NCBI GenBank assembly: GCA_963666055.2
Contig: CAXWPH010000003.1
Location: forward strand, 32,001-96,000
Reading direction: 5' to 3'
Origin: Acidobacteriota bacterium
GTDB lineage: Bacteria > Acidobacteriota > UBA890 > WLXD01
DNA length: 64,000 bases
In this document: one piece after another, positions 1 to 8,872 of the stretch
How positions within the stretch are numbered: position 1 is the first letter of the stretch
Layout of the letters: each line of letters starts with the position of its first letter
The notes under the pieces: model-generated
What the model was told of the DNA's origin: nothing
Databases searched by the model: none
The model's input: only the letters and a program-made list of their open reading frames with translations
Position numbers and translations under genes: made by a program

Positions 1-304
1 CGAGCGGCACGAACTCCTTGATCTCGATGGCGTGCGTTGCCTTGAAGAGGATCTCCTCGAGCTCTTCCTGGGTGAAGGTGACGTACTGGCCCTTGGCGAA
101 CTCGTAACCCTTCACCAGATCTTCGCGCTCCACCAGCTGGTCGTCGGTGGGGTCCCAGAAGCGCATGCGCACCCGCGAGCCCGTCTTCGGGTTGATCCAG
201 TTGAGGCTGATCTTGGCGCTGGTGACAGTGCTTGAATACAGTCTTACCGGAATCGACACGAGGCCGAACGAGATTGTCGCTGTAGCCATTGCGCGCGCAG
301 CCAT
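1..304 (-). CDS. ku: Ku protein (NHEJ), 5' part; runs off the window edge
   Basis: Minus strand from ATG 304 reads MAARAMATATISFGLVSIPVRLYS...LVKGYEFAKGQYVTFTQEELE...IEIKEFVP, the bacterial Ku N-terminus; divergent from ligD; absent from the ORF track because it is truncated. Confidence 0.93.
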   Translation of the reverse strand, partial: MAARAMATATISFGLVSIPVRLYSSTVTSAKISLNWINPKTGSRVRMRFWDPTDDQLVEREDLVKGYEFAKGQYVTFTQEELEEILFKATHAIEIKEFVPL

Positions 305-320
305 ACGAGTACTATAGCAT
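305..320 (-). promoter_or_regulatory. Extended -10 promoter (TG-c-TATAGT) for a probably leaderless ku transcript
   Basis: Minus strand reads TGCTATAGT, then 6 nt, then the ku ATG; no Shine-Dalgarno sequence. Confidence 0.55.
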
Positions 321-330
321 TCGACACGCG

Positions 331-2904
331 ATGCCAGGGAATGATAAGGACGCACACTCGCGCCTAGCAAAGTACAGAAACAAGCGGCGTCAGCAGGAGA
401 CTCCGGAGCCGTTTCCGACCGGTGACAAACGCGCCGGGGAGTTCGTGATTCATCTGCATGCGGCACGCCGCACGCACTACGACCTGCGCCTCGAGGTAGG
501 CGGCGTGCTGCGCTGCTGGGCCGTTCCGAACGGCCCTTCGCTCGATACCGCCGACAAGCGGCTCGCCGTGCAAACCGAGGACCACCCGGTCGAGTACCTG
601 GACTTCGAGGACGTGATCCCGGAGGGAAACTACGGCGCCGGGGCGATGATCGTGTGGGATCGAGGTCGCTGGGTGCAGCGCGAGGACGACCAAACAGGCG
701 ACAACAAGCTGCTGTTCGATCTGTACGGCTACAAGCTCAGGGGGCGTTGGACCCTGGTGCGCACCAAACGCAATCCGAAGGAATGGCTGCTCATCAAGAA
801 GGCCGACGGTTTTGCGCGCAGCGGAGCCGAAGCCGATCTGCCCGAGGAGTCGGTGTACTCGGGGCTCACCGTCGAACAACTCGGCGACGGCGGCGATCCG
901 GCCGAGAGCGTGCGAGTCGAGATCGAGCGTTCCGGGGTGCCCTTGAGTCGCGTCAACGCGTCGAATCTGGACCTCATGCTGGCCAAGACGGCCGATGCTC
1001 CTTTTTCGCGCCGCGGATGGCTGTTCGAGCTCAAGTACGACGGCTACCGCCTCGTGGTGGGCGTGGATGATGGCCACGCCTTCCTACGCTATCGAAACGG
1101 GGGTGATGTGACCGAGATCTACCCGGATCTGATCGCGGCGCTCGCCACACTGCCATATCGGTCGCTGGTTTTCGATGGCGAGGTGGTGGTCCTAGACGAC
1201 GACGGTCGTCCGAGCTTCAGTCGGTTGGCCAAGCGAGCACGACTATCGCGCGCCGTGGAAATCCGCGCCGCAGCCCTGCAGCATCCGGCCACCTACTTCG
1301 TTTTCGACCTGCTCGAGCTCGACGGCTACGACCTGCGTGGCTTGCCGCTGTCCAAGCGCAAGGAGTTGTTGAGCCGCGTGGTCCCGCAGCGGGGCCCGGT
1401 GCGCTACGCCGAGCACATCGAGCGGCAAGGCGCGGAGCTTTTCGAGCAGGTTCGCAAGATGGGGCTCGAGGGGTTGATGGCCAAGCGCGGTGATTCCAAA
1501 TACCGAGCTGGCCGCTCGGATCACTGGTTAAAGATCCGTGCCGACCGCAACGTCGACCTGGTGGTCGTGGGGTACGTTCACGGCAAAGGGTCGCGCCGCA
1601 CGCTCGGCGCGTTGCTCGTCGCCGTCTACCATGAAGGCGAGCTGGTATACGTGGGAGGCGTTGGCAGCGGGCTTCGCGAGCGTGAGATCAATGAAATCCT
1701 GCCGCAGTTGCTGGAGCTGAGCGGCGGCGCGACGCCGCCACCGGTAGAGCTGCCGGCGCCCGGAACACGGCGTTACGCCAACATCCCCAAGCCCGGAGAA
1801 ACGGTCTGGGTACGCCCCGAGCTCGTCTGCGAGGTTCGGTTCAAGGAGATCACCCCAGACGGCCTACTGCGCCATCCGGTCTTCTTGCGCATGCGCATCG
1901 ACAAGCTGCCGGCGGAGTGCGACACGGGGCAGGCAGCCCTGGCTCATGCTCGGTTCTTCGGGGTCGGCGAAGACGATCCCACGCCCGCCAAGGCTGCGGC
2001 GTTCGACGCCTGCCGTACGGTGATCACCCGACCTGAGAAAGTGCTCTGGCCGGATGAGGGCTACACGAAGGGCGACCTGATCGACTACTACCGGGCGGTG
2101 TCGGAATGGCTGTTGCCTTATCTGGAGGATAGACCGCTGGTGCTCGACCGGTACCCCGACGGCATTGACGGCAAGTCGTTCTTCCAGAAGCACGCGCCGC
2201 ACTTCACGCCCGATTGGATCCGCACCGTGACCATCCACTCCGGATCCGGCGAGCGCGACATCGATTACTTCGTGGTCGACGACCCGGAAGGGCTCGTCTA
2301 CATGGCAAACGCGGCCGCTATTCCGCTGCACATCTGGTCCAGTCGGACATCAACCATCGACAACCCCGACTGGGCGATCCTGGATCTCGACCCGAAGGAG
2401 GCTTCGTTCGGCAGCGTCGTTCAGGTGGCTCGTGGGATCAACGAGCTATGTAAGCAAATCGGCCTGAGCGCCTACGCCAAGACGTCTGGCAAGACCGGAA
2501 TGCACGTGTTGGTTCCACTGGGCCGACAGGTTACGTATCAGCACGGTCGTATGCTGGCCGACCTGCTCGCCTTGATCGTTTCGAGGCGGTATCCGGAACT
2601 GGCCACGGTGAACCGCGCGCTCCACACACGTGGAGGCCGCGTGTATATCGATGCGGTGCAGAACGGCGCCGGCCGGCTATTGGTGTCGCCGCTGTGTGTG
2701 CGACCCTTCCGCGGCGCCACAGTATCGACACCCCTTCGCTGGAGGGAGGTGAACGCCAAGCTCGATATGCACCGCTTCACGATAAAGACGGTACCGGCGC
2801 GCCTGCGACGCATGAAGCAAGAGCCGATGCGGGCAATACTCGGCGAGCTTCCCGATCTCCTGGGAGCGCTCCAGTTACTGTCGGAGCTCGAGAATACCGA
2901 TTGA
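331..2904 (+). CDS. ligD: ATP-dependent DNA ligase D (phosphoesterase-ligase-polymerase)
   Basis: HYDLRLE phosphoesterase motif, ELKYDGYR ligase motif I, C-terminal primase-polymerase domain (RYPDGI, FFQKH, DLDP, KTSG); ATG 331 is the likely start. Confidence 0.96.
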   Translation: MPGNDKDAHSRLAKYRNKRRQQETPEPFPTGDKRAGEFVIHLHAARRTHYDLRLEVGGVLRCWAVPNGPSLDTADKRLAVQTEDHPVEYLDFEDVIPEGNYGAGAMIVWDRGRWVQREDDQTGDNKLLFDLYGYKLRGRWTLVRTKRNPKEWLLIKKADGFARSGAEADLPEESVYSGLTVEQLGDGGDPAESVRVEIERSGVPLSRVNASNLDLMLAKTADAPFSRRGWLFELKYDGYRLVVGVDDGHAFLRYRNGGDVTEIYPDLIAALATLPYRSLVFDGEVVVLDDDGRPSFSRLAKRARLSRAVEIRAAALQHPATYFVFDLLELDGYDLRGLPLSKRKELLSRVVPQRGPVRYAEHIERQGAELFEQVRKMGLEGLMAKRGDSKYRAGRSDHWLKIRADRNVDLVVVGYVHGKGSRRTLGALLVAVYHEGELVYVGGVGSGLREREINEILPQLLELSGGATPPPVELPAPGTRRYANIPKPGETVWVRPELVCEVRFKEITPDGLLRHPVFLRMRIDKLPAECDTGQAALAHARFFGVGEDDPTPAKAAAFDACRTVITRPEKVLWPDEGYTKGDLIDYYRAVSEWLLPYLEDRPLVLDRYPDGIDGKSFFQKHAPHFTPDWIRTVTIHSGSGERDIDYFVVDDPEGLVYMANAAAIPLHIWSSRTSTIDNPDWAILDLDPKEASFGSVVQVARGINELCKQIGLSAYAKTSGKTGMHVLVPLGRQVTYQHGRMLADLLALIVSRRYPELATVNRALHTRGGRVYIDAVQNGAGRLLVSPLCVRPFRGATVSTPLRWREVNAKLDMHRFTIKTVPARLRRMKQEPMRAILGELPDLLGALQLLSELENTD

Positions 2905-2932
2905 TCGTGGCGGCGGCCCCCTTCCCCGGCTC

Positions 2933-2956
2933 GACACACTTGCACCAGGCCACTAG
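2933..2956 (-). repeat. Divergent solo end of the CTAG-anchored repeat
   Basis: CTAGTGGCCTGGTGCAAGTGTG starts at the TAG stop of the hydrolase gene. Confidence 0.6.
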
Positions 2957-3603
2957 TGGTGCTCGCCGCCGTCGGGCAACGCTCCGACGAACTCTGCTGC
3001 CGCGTCGAGGGCCTCTTGGAGGTTGCCCGCCAGCGTGCGGCCCGATTTCACACGAGGCTTGAACGAGTGGTCGCCGTCTGCCAACCAATGCACCGAGATC
3101 GCTGCGGACAGACCGTATTGTTCTACCTCGTCGGGCGTGCCGAACGGGTCGCGTGTGCCCTGGAGAACGAGAGTTGGCGTACGTAGGTCGACCAGGTGCG
3201 AGGTCCGGAGCTTCTCGGGCTGGCCAGGCGGATGGAATGGGTAGCCCAGGCACAACAGCCCTCGGGCGGTGACTTCGTCGGCCACCATGCTGGCAATGCG
3301 GCCGCCCATCGACTTGCCTCCGATGACCAGCCTGCGCCCGCCGCCCAGCGCCTCGACTGCCGCACGCCACGTATCGAGGAGCTTCGTCGGGCGGTCCAGT
3401 CCGCCGCGTTTGCCGGTCTCGCGCCTACGTCGCATGTAAGGGAATTCGAATCGGGCGACGTGAAGTCCGCGCTCGGCCAGCCCGGTCGCGAAGCCATTCA
3501 TCCAGGCGGATTCCATACCGGCGCCGGCACCATGAGTCAGGACCACTGTGTGGTTGTCGGGCGTGCCGTCGAAGACGAAGTCGTCCACAGTCATCGGGTG
3601 CAT
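2953..3603 (-). CDS. Alpha/beta hydrolase (KANSL3/Tex30-like)
   Basis: HGAGA, GGKSMGGR nucleophile elbow, LGYPFHPPG, QGTRDPFG, GDHSF. Confidence 0.9.
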   Translation of the reverse strand: MHPMTVDDFVFDGTPDNHTVVLTHGAGAGMESAWMNGFATGLAERGLHVARFEFPYMRRRRETGKRGGLDRPTKLLDTWRAAVEALGGGRRLVIGGKSMGGRIASMVADEVTARGLLCLGYPFHPPGQPEKLRTSHLVDLRTPTLVLQGTRDPFGTPDEVEQYGLSAAISVHWLADGDHSFKPRVKSGRTLAGNLQEALDAAAEFVGALPDGGEHH

Positions 3604-3632
3604 TGTGGGTCGCGCCGAAAGGCGCGTCCAGC

Positions 3633-3730
3633 GTCGACGTTGGCGGAAACTCAGCGCCCCCGTCTAGCAAAGACCATACGACGGCTCGCAGAGCCAGTGA
3701 TCGACTCGGCAGCCTTCCGCAAACGTCGAC
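3633..3730. repeat. 98-bp intergenic segment bounded by a 16-bp inverted repeat
   Basis: GTCGACGTTGGCGGAA (3633-3648) matches the reverse complement of TTCCGCAAACGTCGAC (3715-3730) at 15/16. Confidence 0.6.
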
Positions 3731-3757
3731 TGACGACTACCGTACGCGAGGATGTGA

Positions 3758-4522
3758 ATGCAGGAGCAAGTCATGCCGCTTTCCGAGCCAGAGCTCAGCG
3801 CCCGCCAGGCATCGGGCGATGCTTCCCCGGCGCGCCCGCCAGCGTCCTGGCTGCGGCTCGCGGTGGGAGTGGTGATGGTGTTGTTATTGGTGACCTTCCG
3901 CCGCGAGTTGGCGGCCTCCGTGCCGCGCTTCACCGAGTGGGTCGACGGGATGGGAGTCTGGGGCCCGGTCGTTTTCATGCTCGGCTACGCGATTGCCACG
4001 GTGGCTTTCGTCCCAGGGTCGCTCCTGACGCTGGCGGCCGGGGCGATCTTCGGGATCGCACAGGGCCTGCTGCTTGTTTTCGTCGGCGCCTCGGTCGGCG
4101 CTACTGCGGCGTTCTTTCTGGCGCGTACGGTGGCCCGAAGCGCTATCGAGCAGAAGCTCGAGAACAACTCGCGTTTCGCAGCCGTCGATCGGGCCGTCGA
4201 GCGTGAAGGCCTGAAGATCGTGATGCTGCTGCGGTTGTCGCCGGTGTTTCCATTCAACATGCTGAACTATGCGTTGGGTCTCACGCGCGTACGGCCGCGT
4301 GACTACATGATCGCGTGTCTCGGGATGCTCCCGGGAACCATGCTCTACGTCTATACCGGCAAAGTCGTCGGCGATGTGGCGGCGGTGGCGGGCGGCGCCG
4401 CGCCCGAGCGCGGTCTCGGCTACTGGGCCATTGCCGTTGTTGGGCTCGTTGCCACCGTCGTAGTGACCACGGTTGTCACTCGTACTGCGCGGCAGGCGCT
4501 CCGACAAGTAACCGATGGCTGA
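3758..4522 (+). CDS. TVP38/TMEM64 (DedA/VTT) family membrane protein
   Basis: PGSLLTLAAGAIFG, LLRLSPVFPFNMLNY, GMLPGT; overlaps the next gene. Confidence 0.9.
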   Translation: MQEQVMPLSEPELSARQASGDASPARPPASWLRLAVGVVMVLLLVTFRRELAASVPRFTEWVDGMGVWGPVVFMLGYAIATVAFVPGSLLTLAAGAIFGIAQGLLLVFVGASVGATAAFFLARTVARSAIEQKLENNSRFAAVDRAVEREGLKIVMLLRLSPVFPFNMLNYALGLTRVRPRDYMIACLGMLPGTMLYVYTGKVVGDVAAVAGGAAPERGLGYWAIAVVGLVATVVVTTVVTRTARQALRQVTDG

Positions 4523-6065
4523 TTTGCCGGCGACAGAGCTGGGCGGCGCGTCGGACCTGGGGGTTCGCATGGCGCCTTTCGACGAGCACAACCAAGAGCT
4601 GGTCGCCAACGTCCATCCCCACGACTGGGCCAACCCGCAGCCAGCTGGCCGCTACAACCTCGTGGCTATCGGGGCGGGCACCGCAGGCTTGGTTTCGGCG
4701 GCCGGTGCGGCTGGGCTCGGTGCCCGCGCCGCGGTAATCGAGCGGCATCTGATGGGTGGCGATTGCCTCAACGTCGGGTGCGTCCCCTCCAAAGGCGTGA
4801 TCAGCGCGGCTCGCGCCTGGCATGCGGCGCGTCGAGCCAGCTCCGAGTTCGGCGGTCCCACCTGCGGCGATGATGCTGACTTCGGTGCTGCGATGGAGCG
4901 GATGCGTCGCCTGCGCGCCGGGATCAGCCACCACGACAGCGTTGAGCGCTTCGCTCGCCTCGGCGTCGACGTCTATCTCGGGCAGGCGCGTTTCACGGGT
5001 TCCGACACGATCGAAGTGGACGGCAGGCAGTTGCGCTTCCGTCGAGCGGTGATCGCCACCGGTGGCCGTGCAGCCGCACCCCCGATTCCCGGGCTCGACG
5101 AGATCGACTACCTGACGAACGAGACGATTTTCTCGCTGACCGAGCTTCCCGCCCGGTTCGGGGTGATCGGAGGCGGCCCCATCGGTTGTGAGATGGCGCA
5201 ATCATGGGCGCGTTTCGGCAGCAGGGTTGCGCTGTTCGACATAGCTGACCATGTGCTGCCGCGCGAGGATCCGGACGCCGCCGCGGTCGTTCAGGAGAGC
5301 CTGGTCAGCGACGGCGTTGAGCTGATTCTGAAAGCGCGCATCAACGCGGTCGCCGCCAGTGGCGACACGAAGCTCGTGCGCTACGAGCTCGACGATGGTG
5401 TGGCGCGCGAGATCGAGGTCGACGCGTTGCTCGTCGCCGTCGGCAGGAAGCCCAATGTGGAGGATCTGGGCCTTGACGCCGCCGGCGTCAACTATGGTGC
5501 ACGGGGTGTCGAGGTCGATGACTTCCTACGCACCAGCAATCGTCGCGTCTATGCGTGCGGCGACGTGGCGTCGCGATACCAATTCACCCATACGGCTGAC
5601 GCACAGGCGCGCATCGTTATCCAGAACGCTCTGTTCCACGGGCGCGCCAGAGCGAGCAAGCTGGTGGTGCCCTGGTGTACGTACACCAGCCCGGAGATCG
5701 CTCACGTGGGGATGTACGAATCTGATGCCCGCGCCGCCGGCCATGAGGTTACAACGATCACGATTCCTCTTTCGGAGGTTGATCGCGCCGTCCTCGACGG
5801 CGAAGCCCACGGGTTCCTGCGCGTGCACCACGAGAAGGGGCGCATTCTCGGAGCCACGATGGTCGCCGAGCATGCCGGGGACATGATCGGTGAGCTGGCG
5901 CTGGCGATCACCGCGGGTATCCGGCTTTCGCAGATCTCGGCAACGATCCACCCGTACCCGACTCAGGCCGAGGTCATTCGCAAGGTAGGGGATGCGTACC
6001 GCCGTACCGGACTGACGCCGCTGACCAAGAGACTGCTGCGGTTCTGGTTCCGCCTCTTCGGCTAG
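4515..6065 (+). CDS. Flavin disulfide oxidoreductase (mercuric reductase/dihydrolipoamide dehydrogenase-like)
   Basis: GAGTAG FAD motif, GGDCLNVGCVPSK redox disulfide, GGGPIG, HPYPT; no C-terminal CC pair of true MerA. Confidence 0.88.
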   Translation: MADLPATELGGASDLGVRMAPFDEHNQELVANVHPHDWANPQPAGRYNLVAIGAGTAGLVSAAGAAGLGARAAVIERHLMGGDCLNVGCVPSKGVISAARAWHAARRASSEFGGPTCGDDADFGAAMERMRRLRAGISHHDSVERFARLGVDVYLGQARFTGSDTIEVDGRQLRFRRAVIATGGRAAAPPIPGLDEIDYLTNETIFSLTELPARFGVIGGGPIGCEMAQSWARFGSRVALFDIADHVLPREDPDAAAVVQESLVSDGVELILKARINAVAASGDTKLVRYELDDGVAREIEVDALLVAVGRKPNVEDLGLDAAGVNYGARGVEVDDFLRTSNRRVYACGDVASRYQFTHTADAQARIVIQNALFHGRARASKLVVPWCTYTSPEIAHVGMYESDARAAGHEVTTITIPLSEVDRAVLDGEAHGFLRVHHEKGRILGATMVAEHAGDMIGELALAITAGIRLSQISATIHPYPTQAEVIRKVGDAYRRTGLTPLTKRLLRFWFRLFG

Positions 6066-6085
6066 CAGGTCGTGGTGGAAGTGTG
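6062..6085 (+). repeat. Solo end of the CTAG-anchored element
   Basis: CTAGCAGGTCGTGGTGGAAGTGTG starts at the TAG stop and fills the gap between convergent genes. Confidence 0.9.
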
Positions 6086-6091
6086 CCGAGC

Positions 6092-7861
6092 TTAGGCGGC
6101 CACGTAGTCCACGGCCGTGAGCGTCTCTTGGCGCAGTAGCTCCTCGGCCTTCCGTGCCTCGACGGGCATCGAGAACAGGTAGCCTTGCGCCAATCCGCAT
6201 CCCAGGCTGCGGAGCAGATTCGCCTGCTGCAGTGTTTCCACACCCTCGGCGACGACCGTTAGCTCGAGGCTTTCGCCCAGGGTGATTATTGCCTGCACGA
6301 TCGCCCGATCCTTCTGGTTTTTCTCCAGGGAGTTCACGAAGGCGCGGTCCATCTTGAGCACATCGACGGGGAAATCCCGCAGATAGCTTAGCGACGAGTA
6401 TCCGGTTCCGAAGTCGTCAATTGCCAGGCGCACACCCAACTGCTTGATGTCCTGTAGAAGCGCGATGATGCCGTCTCCCAGGTCGGTCATCACGCTCTCG
6501 GTGATCTCCAAGCAAAGCCGATTTCGGTCGATGTCATAGCGGGACAGTCGGCGCTCGAGCTTCTCGACGAAGCGCGCCTCACCGAGCTGCTTGTTCGAGA
6601 CATTGACGCTCAGCATGAACGCTCGGTCGCCGAGCAGTTTCTCCCACTCCTGGAGCTGGGCACATGCTTGTTCGATCACCCACCAGCCGATCGGGATAAT
6701 CAGCCCGGTATCTTCGGCCACGGGGATGAAATCGCCCGGTGGCACCAGCCCGATCTCGGGGTGTTGCCAGCGAATCAAGCCCTCGCAGCCGACCATGTAC
6801 CCGTCGGTGAGCGATACGTAGGGTTGGTAGTAGAGGATCAGCTCATCGGCGTCGATCGCTCCGCGAAGGTCGTTCTCGAGCTTGAGCTGTGCCATCGCGT
6901 GCTCATGCATGCGCTGATCAAAGACCTCGAAACCGGAGAGATCGCGCTGCTTGGCGCGATACATGGCGGTATCGGCATCGCGCAGATAGTCCTCAGGCCG
7001 GCTGCGACCCGGGTCGCTCATGGCGATACCCATGCACGCCGAGGTGACGATCTCGTGGCCGTCGATCGTTAACGGCTGGCGAAGCGCGTTCTGGATACGC
7101 TCGGCGGTACGAGTGGCCTCCTTGAGGTTCTTGATGTCGTCCACGATTACCACGAACTCGTCGCCGCCGAAGCGTCCGACCACGTCGTTGTGCCGCAGGC
7201 ATCGCGAGAGCACCTTGGCGATCTCCACCAGGAACCTGTCGCCCGCCAGGTGACCTAGACTGTCGTTGACCATCTTGAAGCGATCAAGATCGAGAAATAC
7301 CAGGGCAAAGTGATAGCGCGGATTGCGACGCGCACGCTCTATCGAACGCGACAGGATCTCCATCACCATGGTTCGATTCGGCAGTCCGGTAAGCGTGTCG
7401 TGCAGCGCGTCGTGCTTGAGCTTTCCTTCGGCGAGCTTCCGTTCGGTGACATCCATCACGTACACGAACACGTCGTCACCGCTTGGGTTGGAGTAGTACC
7501 CGAACGAGAACACGCGGTCGTCGACGCTAACCTCGATGTCGCGATAGCCGCCCCGTGTTTGCACGCATTCCGCCACGATCTCGGCGTGCTTGGCGGGGAG
7601 AAATGCCTCGATGGCGTCGATACCGAGCTCGTCCAGTGTCCGCTGGGCGGCCGGGTTGAGGAACTTCACCGCGCCGTCGCTTCCAAAGGTCATGAACGGG
7701 TTTGGGTTTTTGATCGGGAACGCGGCGAGGCGCTTGTTTTCTTGCTCGGTGCTGCGGCGCTGTCGCTCGATGAGCTTCTCGTTAACCAGCGTGAGAGCGC
7801 CCAGCAGCACAAGGCCGAAGAACACACAGGGTCGGTGTCTCTTGATCTGGAACTGCTTCAT
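6092..7861 (-). CDS. PAS-GGDEF-EAL diguanylate cyclase/phosphodiesterase, N-terminus probably truncated
   Basis: HDTLTGLPNR, RFGGDEF, EGLIRW, DDFGTGYSSLSYL; the 5' end abuts an AT-rich patch. Confidence 0.92.
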   Translation of the reverse strand: MKQFQIKRHRPCVFFGLVLLGALTLVNEKLIERQRRSTEQENKRLAAFPIKNPNPFMTFGSDGAVKFLNPAAQRTLDELGIDAIEAFLPAKHAEIVAECVQTRGGYRDIEVSVDDRVFSFGYYSNPSGDDVFVYVMDVTERKLAEGKLKHDALHDTLTGLPNRTMVMEILSRSIERARRNPRYHFALVFLDLDRFKMVNDSLGHLAGDRFLVEIAKVLSRCLRHNDVVGRFGGDEFVVIVDDIKNLKEATRTAERIQNALRQPLTIDGHEIVTSACMGIAMSDPGRSRPEDYLRDADTAMYRAKQRDLSGFEVFDQRMHEHAMAQLKLENDLRGAIDADELILYYQPYVSLTDGYMVGCEGLIRWQHPEIGLVPPGDFIPVAEDTGLIIPIGWWVIEQACAQLQEWEKLLGDRAFMLSVNVSNKQLGEARFVEKLERRLSRYDIDRNRLCLEITESVMTDLGDGIIALLQDIKQLGVRLAIDDFGTGYSSLSYLRDFPVDVLKMDRAFVNSLEKNQKDRAIVQAIITLGESLELTVVAEGVETLQQANLLRSLGCGLAQGYLFSMPVEARKAEELLRQETLTAVDYVAA

Positions 7862-8015
7862 AAGAGTATTGAAGTTCTCAAGAGATACTCAATCACTTTA
7901 AAAGATATTAAAAAATAATATTAACTGTTATTAGCTATTATTGGACACTAATGGCCTGTTTTGACGACACTCCACGACGTTGATGCCACGCCCTGGGCGG
8001 AGCAAGATCGGGGAT

Positions 8016-8711
8016 ATGGTCGACTCATGTCCCGATCCTGCCGAGGTTGGAGCGGCGCAGGAAAGTGCCCACATAAATTCAGGCGAGCAGTCGGAGGAGC
8101 TACAGGGACTGGGAGCAAAGCTGGCGGAGCGATTGGAGCTGACGCGGGCGCTGACGTTTGTCGATCTCGAAACGACCGGCCTCGACGTGTGCACCGCTCG
8201 GATCGTCGAGGTGGCGCTAGTTCGCGTCGAGCCGACCGGGTCGGCCGCGAGCTTCGCGACGCTGATCAATCCAACTATCTCGATTCCCGCTGAGGCCACC
8301 CGGGTACACAGCATCTGCAACGATGATGTGGCCGATGCTCCGACCTTTGCCGAGGCGGCTGCCACCGTAGGCAGCTGGCTCGCCGAGTCCGATCTTGGGG
8401 GCTACAACCTGGCGCGGTTCGACCTGCCGTTGCTCGACGCAGAGTTCGAGCGAGCCGGCCACCCTTTCGCATGGGACGAGGCGCGGATCCTCGACGCGTG
8501 CGCGATATTCAAACGCATGGAACGCTGAGATCTTGCCGCCGCCTATCGCTTCTACTGCGCCTCCGAGCTCGAAGGGGCCCACGCCGCCGGTGCCGATGTT
8601 CGTGCCACGATCCAAGTGGTGCTCGGCCAACTGGATCACTATCCGGAACTGCCCCGCGACGTTGAGTCGCTGGATGCCCTCTGGCGTCCACGGAGTGACA
8701 AAGGCTACTAG
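8016..8711 (+). pseudogene. DEDDh 3'-5' exonuclease (DnaQ-like) with in-frame TGA at 8526-8528
   Basis: DLETTG, YNLARFD; after TGA the frame continues DLAAAYRFYC...AHAAGAD (ExoIII motif) to TAG 8709-8711. Confidence 0.8.
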
Positions 8712-8727
8712 CAGGCCGTGGTGTGGC
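8708..8727 (+). repeat. Solo end of the CTAG-anchored element (internal 6-nt deletion)
   Basis: CTAGCAGGCCGTGGTGTGGC at the exonuclease TAG. Confidence 0.8.
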
Positions 8728-8872
8728 TCTCGAGCGCAGAAAAACTGCGCCGGTGCATGCCGACGCCGACCCGAGCCGGTAACCTTGTTCGTGACGAGTC
8801 GCTCCTAGATGCGCGGCGAGTCCGACCAAACTTGCTGATCCGATCCGCCTGACCTTCGGGCAGGAGCGCGCC

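Noticed and set aside
4515-6065. True mercuric reductase merA
   Set aside because: No C-terminal Cys-Cys pair, no NmerA domain and no mer operon genes.
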